Positions 1 to 9,956 of a stretch of 20,000 nucleotides of DNA are shown piece by piece; position 1 is the first letter of the stretch, and each line of letters begins with the position of its first letter. The position numbers were made by a program, and so were the translations under genes. The notes under the pieces were generated by a model. That model saw only the letters and a list, made by a program, of their open reading frames with translations. It was not told the DNA's origin and ran no database searches. This stretch comes from Spirogloea muscicola (taxonomy: Eukaryota): the NCBI GenBank assembly GCA_009602725.1, contig WELB01000013.1, forward strand, positions 904,030 to 924,029. The letters are read 5' to 3'.

Positions 1-273
1 CTTGTGCACAGCCCTGTGCTGTGTGAGATGCTCAAGATGCAGCGGAAAGAGGAGGCTACAAGAGGTAACCGATTGAGCAACAAATTGACTGAGCAGCACT
101 TTGATATCAGCCTGTTAGGAGCTCTCCAAGTACAGGGGCAGGGCTGAAGTAGTGACATTGGATGTCTGTCACAAGTGATGGTTAAGTGATGGGAAAGTGA
201 TGGGAGAAGTATAGAGTGCCCCCAGTCACATCCCACTAGTCTCCTTGCTGCAGTGCAGGCTTCAAAGTACAGT

Positions 274-307
274 CTTCTAAGTATGACCGACTTCTAAGTA
301 TGAACGA
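274..307. repeat. 17-bp tandem duplication in presumed intron
   Basis: cttctaagtatgaccga / cttctaagtatgaacga. Confidence 0.8.
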
Positions 308-705
308 CTCCACATGCCAGATCAGCTACGTAGTGGCTTACAGGCAGAGGTCACGTCAACAGAATAGCAACAGAGGTGGTGCATTGTTGCTCTCTGCCAG
401 GGCCTGACTTTCGTGCTGCATATGATAATACCTAAGATTCCCGGGTCTGTTGCACTGGACTCGACCAGAACAGAGGTGCTTGAGAAACTACTGCATGCAG
501 GAAAAAAGTTCTGAAGCAGTATATAGAGATTTCTTATCATGCTGACTCAGGCCCCAAGCAAGCCACTAAGAGCTCAACCAGAGGCAAAGCCATGATCAGG
601 GCACTCTCTTAGATCGAGAGATAAGTCAATCACAGCTGTTTGTGACGCTTAGATGAGGTTTCTGTGTAAGATCTTTGCAGAGCAATACAAGAAAGCGGAG
701 TATAC

Positions 706-3700
706 CTCATAACAGAGGTTGTGGAATGACAGAGAAACTGGGTGAAACGTTAGGGGCTTTGCATCCTCCTTGCTTTCCATGGCATGCACTGGTTCTCCTC
801 CTCCCCCGTCTTTGTGGTTCTGACGCAGAGGTCCCAACATAGTCGCCTCAAGATTCCTCTCAATGTTGACTACAGTGCTGGTCACTTTGTCCACTGCAGC
901 AGCCATGGAGGTCCTCTGGAGTGCAGCTTGCTGCTTCAGTCTCGCTGCTGGGGGTGATTTGACCTGGTTCAGCCTCATAGGAAGTATTAGGTTGCGAGTT
1001 TGAAACAACATTCAGCCTTGTTAGGTTGAAAGATCTAATCATCTCTTAATCACATCTGATGAATCTTGACAATACTGCATGTCACTCACCTCCTTGAAGC
1101 TGACTTTGGCTGTCGTCACAAAGGTAAGAGAGATGAGTACAAGATAGAAGGCCATGAGCACCATAACAGAGACCCAAACCCCCTTGAAGTAAGTTGTTGG
1201 AAGCTTGTAGGCCTTTAAGTAGGCTTGACCAGCTTGAAGATCTTCGTGACCAACGCAATAAGCTGCAACATTGACAATCTCCCTGCATGGCTGCACATGG
1301 TCCCAGTGGAGTCATCAGGAAGCTTGTAAGACTACAGTCGTCCTTCACTGCTTTTGAGATGTTCATGAGTCTGACACAGGTTGCAATGACAACTTGGCCC
1401 AACACAACCACCTATGGGATGATATGGAAAAAATTCACACATGTTACTACAGATAGTGTAAGTAGCAGCATCCTTGTCATCGACTCAAACCGACGTGCCA
1501 GAAGAGAAAGGAGATGATACCTGATGGAAGGAACCTGACAGAAACTCGTTGCACACAATGGCTGTATATGCCCATTGTAGAGGACTTACGTAGTACATCC
1601 TGCATGCATTTCACAATCAGCACATAAGAGTCTGCAAACTTTGTTTACCAGACACTAGATTCAGAGTAATAGCATTTTGCATGTAGAAGCATGTCGTGGA
1701 GCAGGTGAAGTTGGTGCCTAGGACCACTGCTCAAGAAATGGTCTACAAAAGGAGGAAGCAAAGCAGACATATCATATGAGTGAAGAGACTATAATACGTA
1801 GACACTGTGAAGCTTACCATATCCACCACCCTGGAATCTTCCCCTTTGTTATGAGGAACCCAGAAAAGAGCAGCATAGCCAAAATAGACAGTCCTGCTAG
1901 GCTTCCTGCTGCCTCTCTACTTGGGCTGATGCTGGCGATTAGCCGCACAAGAGATGAGCCAACAAGAGCCACTAAGAACACTATGAAGAGGAACATGATG
2001 AAGTGAACGCCACCCTGAGCAGAGCTCAGACCGGTCAGCCAATACACAAGGGGCGTGTATATGCCAATCTGCACATATATTTGGTATGCAATAAGATATC
2101 ATGACCATGTATAGTAAAGGCATGCAGGGGCTTCACAATGACATGACAGTCCTTGAAATGCTCAAGGCCATTGATGGTCATCTATGCACATTCAATAGGC
2201 ACTTCCGTCAGTCTGCACCTCGCACACCGAGAAGGGCACTTGACTCAGCACACCAGCCAAGACATAAGATCCAGGCCGAAAGAAGCGGGCTGCATACTGC
2301 TTGATGAAGACCTGCAACACAACGTCCGGTAGGGTGCGGATTTGCCGTTGCGTATGTGCATAGATGCGCGTGTGCATGTGTGTGATGCGTGTGTAGGCAG
2401 CGTGGCAAATCAAGAATCAGATGCAAGATACGAATGCACCAGTCGAGTTAATAGTTTGAACATCTATTGGGGTAATGTTGCTTAGTGACCTGGCGTTCAT
2501 CGATGAGATTGGGGATCTGGGCAATAGAGCCAAGGGCCATGGCAAGACAAGCAATGAAAGCAACGGACTTGCGGAGGTCCATGGCACTCCTCACAACGCT
2601 GTTACTAAGCTGGTAAAAGACAGTCCCAGTGAAAACTCCAAGGATAAGTACCTGCAAGCAAGCTCGAACATCGAAGTGCAAATGAATCAGGAAGACAATT
2701 CTGAAGGGGTAGAAGCCAAGACTTGTGTGCAAGCTCATAGAAGGGACAGCATTGTCTTCAAGTGTTGTAGAGGAGGTCAAAGCGTCATGTGTGGCTGGGC
2801 TCACCTGGGCCATACGCGCATAGAAGAATATGGTATTTCGGATGGCTACTTTGAATTGACGCCTAAGGACTGTCTTCGTTGATGGCCACCAAGGTTGGGC
2901 AAATTCTTGCTCAAATTTAGAATTGGTCTGACTGTCAATCTGAAGATGGAATAAGTCAACACAAGACACGGAGTTACCACAGCAGTAAGCATAGTTGCAA
3001 TTACACCAGGCAGCAGAAGATCAATCAGCTCTCAAGTCCTTTGCAAAGAATCACATAGTAGGCTGGCTAAAGTGCCAGAGCCACTTGCTTGTTCAAGTGG
3101 GCGCTCCAGCTGTAGCCGGACAGGCTCAGGACTTGTCTGTATCTGCGCTGTAAGATCTGCTGCTGTTTGAGGGTTGTAGGCCAGCTGACCGAAAGAATCA
3201 GTAGCCCCTATAACACGATCTCCAACAGTGGGCTGTGCAGTGTACTGAATGTCTGCTTCAGTCAGCGTGCCAACTGGATCCAAGCGCTCCATCACCACTG
3301 TCAAAAGAAGCAACGTGGTGTTTAGTATCTTGAGATACAACATAGTCAGGAACACCTGGGCACACCTTAAGAGGATCAGGGAATGAAAGCCGCCGTAGAG
3401 TAGACAGACCTCCACCCGCACTGTCAGCAAATTGAGCACCAAGTGGTTTTTGAGCAGCGACCCAAAGCTCGCGGACAATCTGCAGAAATCGATCAAGCTG
3501 CTTAGACCTCTACTGTGGATCACTACACACACAGAAGTGATACAAGCCCTTCTGATGTAGGATTCTTTTGGTCTTGTCTTAAAGTGACATAAGAGGTCTG
3601 GTCACACGTAAAAATGCAAGCGCTACAAGCCACATGCTTGTCAATTAGCAGGGACTGTACATGCAACAACAAGATGAGCAGAAGTATGATGCGCTTGCCA

Positions 3701-6700
3701 AGTCAATGATCTAGTAATGTTGCATCAAAGCGGTGGAGGGTTGTCAACCTCACTACATTCAACAACTCGGAGGACATCTTGATGCAGGTCCGAGGTCAGG
3801 TAAGCATCCAGCAGAGCTTCGTTGGTCATTGGCTCTTGATCCTGAGGTAGGAATTGCCTGCCTGCTGGTGTCGGAATTTCCTGAAGGAAGTCCGCAATAT
3901 CCACATGCTCTGGCTTGACATAACTTCACAAGCCAGAGAAATAAATGCTTCTCTTTAGAGGACTTGAAAGTTGACCTTTTTGGTAAGTATTTGGACATCC
4001 TGCTCAAAGCATGTCAAGCCTGCGCCAGTGCGTTTTTGCAGTAGTAGTGTAGGGTATGTCAAGTCAGCAATCAGGGACCACAAGTTGGTTAGTGCTTGCA
4101 GAGATACTCCATGAGTACAGCTATTTACCCCAGATTGGCGAAGTAGCGAAGTACATCGTCTCTGGGGCCTTGGTAGATGATGCTTCCTTCATTCAGCACA
4201 ATCAATCTGACAAAATGGTGCAATAAATCTCAAGCTCAAGTGTCAGAGTCCTATTGAATGTACAGCATCTGGTATTTATGGACATTTGTGACATGATTGT
4301 AGAATCAGCCACCGGACCAATTCACTTTCTGTCCTTCCAATCATGTGCTACCTTCATGACGAAGATGTATTTGTGGTATGGGTTTCACATATTTTCTGCA
4401 TAAAACAAGTTATGCTTACCTGTCAAACAGATTGAACACTTCTGGTGCAGGCTGAAGCAGGGAAAGTAGGCAGGTTGTTTGCCTCACGCGAGCAATTGTT
4501 CTGATCGCAGACACAATGTCATATGTTGCTGAACTGTCCAGGCCTGTGCTGATCTCATCAAAGTAGAAGACCACATATGTGCCTGATCACAAGTACAGGA
4601 AAGGAAACGCTGTCCTGTCAGCTGGCCTGTTGACATTGGATTGTGCCTGGCTATGACAAGGCCAGCAAAAGACCTGATTGACATCATGACCTGTACAATT
4701 CGTGGTAAGTACAAGAAGTTGCACTCGCCCGCTATCATCTCTGCAGTTGTCACTCGATGCCTTTCGCCTCCTGAAACACCTCTTCTCAAGTGATTCCCAA
4801 TCCTTGTGTCTGCCGGCCTCTGTAATCCTAATAAGTGCAGGGTCAGCTCCATCTTGAGATTCTTGCCTCCCAGTTCATCTTGCACCTGAATGATGAAACT
4901 GCAAGTTCCTGTAAGGGTCGCTGACAGCTTCGTGGTGGCCAAGCCAACTCCAGAGCAGGCAAATGAATCACATTCTCGTATCATGACTCACAAATGCTGA
5001 ATCTAGGCTCTTACTGACCATCTCAGCTATGGCAGCCAGAGGAGGATGGTCCTCTGGCATAAAGAGCTCCGTGCACTGCTGAGCAAATTCAAGAGTCTCT
5101 CGCACTGTCAAAGTCGGGAGATGCTTGTCAGTCTGTCCAATCATAGCAGCCATCCTGCGAACTTGAAAACTGTCAAAGGACTTCCCGTTGTACCGTATCT
5201 CTCCAGTTTGCGTCAGTGTTTTACCCCTGGAAATTCTTCCTGAAAGTGACTTATGTAGGGTGCTCTTACCTGCAAAAGCACAGACTAGATCCATGAGCTT
5301 CTACAAAATCTATGAAAAAGGCATGATCATGATCTGTCCGATCATGATCATAAGCAGACAGTACAGACAGTTGACAATCTGGCATACATAGCTCCGAGGG
5401 TACGACCAAAAAGAGAGCGTTTACCACAACCAGGTGGTCCACAGACCAAGGTAAGGGTTCCTGGCATTAAGTAGCCCGTGCAATCTTTTATCACGTCAAA
5501 GTCTTGTGCCAAACCCTTTGGCTGCAGACACGAGAAGAGGCAGTTGGCAACAGCTGAACCCACAGTCTCAAAGCCCTCTTTAGGTGGTCTCACTCTAGAA
5601 GTGTAGGTGAGATTCTTGAATGTCACGACCTGCAAAACCATACCGATGAGGCAGGGCTTAGATTCCACTGGTACTTACATGACTATGTTGCAGGACGATA
5701 GCTCGCAAATGCATGCTTTTCCTCTTGGTCTTGAGCACCTGCAGATTACATCTGTACCTGAGGGGGTAGAGGAACCAGAAAAGGCTGCAATTTCAAGAGA
5801 AACGCCAGGAGACCATCTCTCAGGAGCTGGTCAACACCAACGAGGCCTTTCATCTGGGGCTTGGGGTCCACCTTCCTACTGCCCTGCACTTGCTCTTGTG
5901 CCTGCAGAGCAGCGAGCCATATGTCACGGGTGTCTATTGAGAGTACCATGCAATTCACTTGCCTTTCCAGGTTGATCTCACGTCGTCGTAAGGGCCAGTT
6001 CACTGCCCTTTCCAGGTTGTTCTAAATTTGTCATAAGGGCAGCATTCTCAAGGCAAATTATAGTGGGAGGTGTCTGTCTGCTATGCATCCAACTTCTCTC
6101 ATGTAGCAAGCTGGTGCTCATACCAATTGCAAGGACTTGTGAAACTGGTGCGCTTCCGCAAGGTGGCCGAGCTCCACCAGCTTCCGGTGGTACTGCAGGA
6201 CGAGCTCCACCAACGACTCCTTCCCTGCGTCCTCCAGCTCCTCCTTCAGGCCGGCAACATCGGCTGCACTGATGGAGTCACTGACATCCTTCTCATCTGG
6301 ACTCGTTGGGCCACGCAGCTGGCCGCCGTGCTGCGGACCAATGCCGCGGACGCGGGGGTGCGCCGCAGCCGCCGCCAGCATTCCCCTGCTGCCTCCGACG
6401 GGAGCAGACATCTGCTGTGCAATGCTGCGGCGACCTCCGGCCCTGCTGCGCAAGCCCGCAGCCGATGGGGCCCAGGCCGCGGGCTCCCGCGAGCCGGGGT
6501 CCCGCTCGTGCCACTGCTGCAGGCCCTCCCGGAAGAAGCGCACGTCCGCCGGCGAGACGTCCTCCAGCCGGTCGCGCATGGAGAAGGACGGTGCGCGCGG
6601 CGACGCGGACAGCGCGTCCTGCCCTGGCGCCGCGTCCCGGGGTCCATCGCTGGCGGCAGCGGCCGGGGCCGACGCCTGCAGCCCCTCCTCCAGCGCCCGC

Positions 6701-6708
6701 GGGTCCAT
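706..6708 (-). CDS. PDR: Full-size ABCG (pleiotropic drug resistance, PDR) transporter, 5' part; gene continues beyond the left edge of the window
   Basis: Frame-consistent exons (minus): 6708-6124, possibly 6021-5959, 5901-5758, 5629-5425, 5269-5019, 4885-4729, 4582-4420, 4206-4129, 3923-3749, 3479-3410, 3297-3089, 2939-2805, 2651-2490, 2311-2219, 2068-1818, 1599-1521, 1290-1090, 963-706. Motifs: Walker A GPPGC|GKST, Q-loop region QTDKHLPTLTVRETLEFA, signature RGVSGGERHRVTTAEM, Walker B FDEISTGLDS, LLQPAPEVFNLFD, ADFLQE, TMD1 FSGFLITKGKIPGWWIWMYYVSPLQWAYTAIVCNEF, pre-NBD2 LTFHPVSLSFHNLCYE. NBD2 Walker A not found in 1-705. Confidence 0.95.
3089..3479 (-). other. PDZ-like domain encoded by two exons (3479-3410, 3297-3089) inside the PDR gene
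   Basis: Spliced translation IVRELWVAAQKPLGAQFADSAGG|VVMERLDPVGTLTEADIQYTAQPTVGDRVIGATDSFGQLAYNPQTAADLTAQIQTSPEPVRLQLERPLEQ has the KPLGxxF loop, GVV strand, VGDRVI and terminal VxLxLER pattern of PDZ domains; intron phases join it in frame with both flanking exons. Confidence 0.7.
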
Positions 6709-6819
6709 GGCGGCCGGACCGGCGGCACNCCGCGGCCGCCGCCGCCGGCGCCGGATCAGGCGAGGAGGGGGGTCGTCTTGCAGGCGGGACCTGCGGCACA
6801 ATCAACGTCTCTGAACGTT

Positions 6820-6947
6820 CTACTGACTAGAGGTTCTGAAAGTCCGCTTGCTGCTGTCTCAGTCCTTAGCACTCCGGCTCCTTCAGACCTTGTCCATTCC
6901 TTTGGGCTGGCCTCTCCCAGCCACCAGTTGATCTGGCCGCGCTTGCT
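6820..6947 (+). mobile_element. 5'-truncated RLE retroelement 3' end, subfamily A
   Basis: ctactgactagagg (ORF end, LLTRG) ... ccttgtccattcctttgggctggcctctcccagccaccagttgatctggccgcgcttgct; near-identical to 10358-10524 and 19786-20000 (reverse strand). Confidence 0.85.
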
Positions 6948-7060
6948 CTGAGGCTGAGGGCCTCTGAGCTGCCAGGACATGAAGTGTCCTGCCTAAAGTC
7001 GCTGAGCATTGGGACAGTGCGTACACGCATCTCAAGCTCTACAAGGAGCACTACTCAAAA

Positions 7061-7119
7061 CCTTATCCATACCTTGGGCTGGCCTCTCCCAGCCACCAGT
7101 TAATCTGGCCGCGCTTGCT
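7061..7119 (+). mobile_element. Short subfamily A 3'-end copy
   Basis: ccttatccataccttgggctggcctctcccagccaccagttaatctggccgcgcttgct; flanked by tcaaaa on both sides (possible TSD). Confidence 0.8.
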
Positions 7120-7306
7120 TCAAAAGGTGAGAGTCGTCCTGGCTTCGACGGGGTCCTTGGCAGACAGCCACTTTAGCTGAATACAATATATGACGTAGGT
7201 AGCTATGATTGTGCCCGCGGCCGCCGCCGGCTGGGGGCGGGCGCAGCAGACTAGCGGGGAGCTGACGAGATGTGATCCTCAACTTGCGCCACGAAGGCCA
7301 TGGAGG

Positions 7307-7366
7307 AGCAAGCGCGGCCAGATTAACTGGTGGCTGGGAGAGGCCAGCCCAAAAGAATGGACAAGG
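7307..7366 (-). mobile_element. Short subfamily A 3'-end copy (inverted)
   Basis: agcaagcgcggccagattaactggtggctgggagaggccagcccaaaagaatggacaagg. Confidence 0.85.
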
Positions 7367-7406
7367 GGAGGAGCCCCTGCACCGGGCGACCGCCGGCCTA
7401 TGCCCA

Positions 7407-7529
7407 GCACTCCGACTCCTTCAGACCTTGTCCATTCTTTTGGGCTGGCCTCTCCCAGCCCTTGCCCTCATTGGGAGAGCCACTTCTTCTTCTTTCTCCC
7501 AGCCACCAGTTAATCTGGCCGCGCTTGCT
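7407..7529 (+). mobile_element. Composite 3'-end copy: core + subfamily C tail + subfamily A tail
   Basis: agcactccgactccttcagaccttgtccattcttttgggctggcctctcccagcc-cttgccctcattgggagagccacttcttcttctt-tctcccagccaccagttaatctggccgcgcttgct. Confidence 0.85.
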
Positions 7530-7742
7530 CGTGGTTAACAAATTGACCGCCGGTGCTCATGATTGATGAACCCCAACTCCCGCCGCGGCTCCTCCCGCCA
7601 CACTCGGCTGGCTACCTGTGGTGAACACTGCCGCGGGGGCAAGCCGAGGGCGCAGGCGCCAAGGGCTGACTTGTGCGCCTGGTAGAAAGTGGCTTCCTAA
7701 ATGACGGAGTGTGTGTAAGAAAAGTGTTTGAGGGCCTGTGTG

Positions 7743-7944
7743 CGGACTTGCTGCTGCTTACTCGTGGGTACTGAGCTTCCCGCTGCTGCTCACTCGTGGG
7801 TATGGAGCTTCCCTCTGCGTCGTCTCGTGTCTTGCTGTGTAGTTTTTTCGGCGCCTAGATTTTTGGCTTTTTGGATTTTGTCCATTCTCTTTGGGCTGGC
7901 ATTTGCCAGCCCCTCTTCTCCATGGGCGAGCAATTTCTTTCTTC
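7743..7944 (+). mobile_element. RLE retroelement 3' end, subfamily B
   Basis: ORF end DLLLLTRGY* (locally duplicated), T-rich UTR, ttgtccattctctttgggctggcatttgccagcccctcttctccatgggcgagcaatttctttc; homologous to 8431-8613, 9237-9713 and 10731-11185. Confidence 0.8.
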
Positions 7945-8252
7945 CTGTGTGGCCAAGTTCAAAGGCAAGCACCTTGACATATCTACATCACCTGCTGCTA
8001 AACTGACCCGCTCAGTAACAACGAGTCAACACATAGAGGTTGCTGACCGATGCCCGAAGTCCGGACGGCAATTGACAAGCTCTTGTGTCACCAGCTAAGG
8101 ATCAACCAGCGTTCTGGGGCAAAGCATGAGCCTGAGCTCGCTGCAGACAGGCTGACAACGATGTCGCCAAAATGACAAGTAGGCTGCCGGCATGCCCATC
8201 TGCGCTGGAAGTATATCCTCACGTCGTGCATATCCCAGACATATCCCTAAAA

Positions 8253-8318
8253 GGGGGTGCGGGCTGTGAACAGCCAGCCCGAAAAGCACTGACAAGGTCC
8301 AAAGGGGCCGAAAAGCGC
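8253..8318 (-). mobile_element. Degenerate 3'-UTR copy (subfamily C-like)
   Basis: gggctgtgaacagccagcccgaaaagcactgacaaggtccaaaggggcc resembles 19606-19711 and the reverse complement of 8940-9000. Confidence 0.65.
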
Positions 8319-8430
8319 CGAAAGATATGACTAACAGTAGGGGTAGGACAGGTAGGGGTAGGACCGAAGCCTGTTGTTCTTCTTTTTGTTTTACGCAGAA
8401 GCGGCATCTTTGAAAGAGGCAGCTTCTTCA

Positions 8431-8613
8431 AAGAAAGAAATTGCGCGCCCACAGAGAAGAGGGGCTGGCAGAGGCCAGCCCTTAAAAAATGGACAGAAAT
8501 CCAAAGAGCCAAACAGATGCCGAAAAGAAAACCTAAACAGCTAGACACAAGACGACGCAAAGGGACTCAGTACCCACGAGTGAGCAGCAGCAAGTCCGAG
8601 TAACTCGCAGCTC
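8431..8613 (-). mobile_element. RLE retroelement 3' end, subfamily B (inverted relative to 7743-7944)
   Basis: aagaaagaaattgcgcgccc...gaggggctggcagaggccagccc...tggacag...ctcagtacccacgagtgagcagcagcaagtccgag (minus-strand SDLLLLTRGY*). Confidence 0.8.
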
Positions 8614-8686
8614 CTCCTTCTTGGACTTGCGGATACGAAGTAGAGATTACTAATTGAATACTCCGAAAGGGGCGAAGGCTGTGAGA

Positions 8687-9021
8687 GCCGCTGGCTCATG
8701 GGCTCAAGTATATCGTATGCGATTGCCCGTCTCCCTTCAGCGGTCCATGGGCCACGCCTTGCATCTGTGTGCTGGCCGTGCTCTCGCTGCGGCTTCCGTC
8801 ACGGGGATACTTTTCCGGCAGCTAGTCTGTCGGATTTGAGGCTCCTCACACGTAACTACTGAGTGGTCCATCCTCCCCCGTTCTGACATAGCATCTTCAG
8901 GCCCCTTCGTAGCTGCTAGCGCTTTTTAGGCCCCTCCATCATTTGGCCCCTTCGAACCTTTGTCAATCCTTTTTCGGGCTGGCCTTTCACAGCCCTTGCC
9001 CCCATTGGGAGTGCCACTTCT
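8687..9021 (+). mobile_element. RLE retroelement remnant with C-terminal ORF and subfamily C 3' UTR
   Basis: AAGSWAQVYRMRLPVSLQRSMGHALHLCAGRALAAAS, then (frameshifted) PAASLSDLRLLTRNY* (stop 8860-8862), then ttgtcaatcctttttcgggctggcctttcacagcccttgcccccattgggagtgccacttct. Confidence 0.8.
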
Positions 9022-9073
9022 CTGTGAGAGCTAGCCCGAGAATTGGACAAGGTGAGAAGGGCCGGAAAGCGCT
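9022..9073 (-). mobile_element. Degenerate core 3'-UTR fragment, tail-to-tail with the previous copy
   Basis: ctgtgagagctagcccgagaattggacaaggtgagaagggccgg resembles ggctgggagaggccagcccaaaagaatggacaaggtctgaaggagccgg. Confidence 0.55.
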
Positions 9074-9236
9074 AATGTAGTTAAAAGGTCGCTTTGCGCT
9101 TTGGTGGGGTCGTGAGCCAACCATAATAGCTGGAGGCCGCCGCACCCCCCCTACTTACCAGCGCAGTGGGTAGTGCAGATCATAGAAAGTAAGAAAGAGA
9201 GAAGGAATAAGCCAATAGAGAAGAAATAAGCAATTA

Positions 9237-9713
9237 GGAAGAAATTGCTCGCCCATAATAAAGAGGGGCTAGCAAAGCCAGCCCAGAAAAGAATGGACAA
9301 TATCCAAAGGCCACAAAACGATGCCGAAAAGGGAAAACTACACAACTGGACACGGAATGATGCAGATGGAAGCTCAGTATCCACGGGTGAGCAACAACAA
9401 TTCAGAGCAACTCGAAGCTGGGAAAGAGGCACTCCGCCGAGACCCTGAGGCAGCAGCCATAGCGCGGCCGGCGCGGGTGTGGACTGCGTGAGCCAGAGAG
9501 CGCTGGAACGAGACCGCCAGCCTCATGCGAAATACCTAGGCTAGGGAGCCGGCAGCATTGAAGCCGGGCAGCTCCCCTGGCAGTCCCGGCCGCCGCTCGA
9601 TGGCCTGCCGGGCCAGCCGCTGGAGGACGTCCAACCAGCCACTGCCGAAAGCCCCGTGAACGTCGACGGCCAGGGCCGCGAATTCATCGCCTGGGGGGTG
9701 GTCGGCGTACTTA
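9237..9713 (-). mobile_element. Decayed RLE retroelement remnant (subfamily B)
   Basis: KYADHPPGDEFAALAVDVHGAFGSGWLDVLQRLARQAIERRPGLPGELPGFNAAGSLA*VFRMRLAVSFQRSLAHAVHTRAGRAMAAASG...LLLLTRGY*, plus UTR; in-frame TAG at 9536-9538; paralogous to 10731-11185. Confidence 0.85.
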
Positions 9714-9830
9714 GGGCCACTTCACACTTGGGCGGGAGGTCGCGCCGAGGGGTACGTGTCGCGCTGTTAATGGGGTGACCGGCTTTACAACCTTTGCGCA
9801 CCCGGTCGTCGTCACTCGCCACGGAGGCGC

Positions 9831-9956
9831 CACATTGGGCGCTGACTAGGACGTCTCTCTTGCCCCCGTCAAGGAGGAGAACGCGCCGTTTGCACATCTG
9901 GCGCTGACTAGGACGCCTTTAGAATCCGTTAAGGAAGAAACGGCGTCGTGCGCCAC
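9831..9956. repeat. Diverged ~62-bp tandem duplication
   Basis: Units start at 9831 and 9893; both contain ggcgctgactaggacg...ccgtYaaggaRgaRa. Confidence 0.7.

Noticed and set aside
1..705. Further PDR exons (NBD2 Walker A)
   Set aside because: No LTALMGxSGAGKT-like sequence seen on the minus strand; treated as intron, though truncation of the gene cannot be excluded.
6063..6951. Several long overlapping ORFs on both strands (also 15387-16307, 18647-19545, 12265-12871)
   Set aside because: Shadow ORFs of GC-rich exons and (GCC)n repeats; Arg/Pro/Ala-rich with no family motifs.
6820..7529. CRISPR-like array of repeats and spacers
   Set aside because: Mixed orientations, unequal repeat and spacer lengths, eukaryotic context, no cas genes, and the repeat is the 3' UTR of an RLE ORF.
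7307..7529. MITE with 35-bp terminal inverted repeats
   Set aside because: No TSD, and the same terminus occurs singly elsewhere at the end of 5'-truncated copies; better explained as two retroelement 3' ends.
9831..9956. Tandem minimal hammerhead ribozymes (ctgactag...gaaac ggc gtc)
   Set aside because: Core reads CUGACUA rather than CUGANGA (G8 missing), stem I is out of register, and the first unit lacks GAAA.
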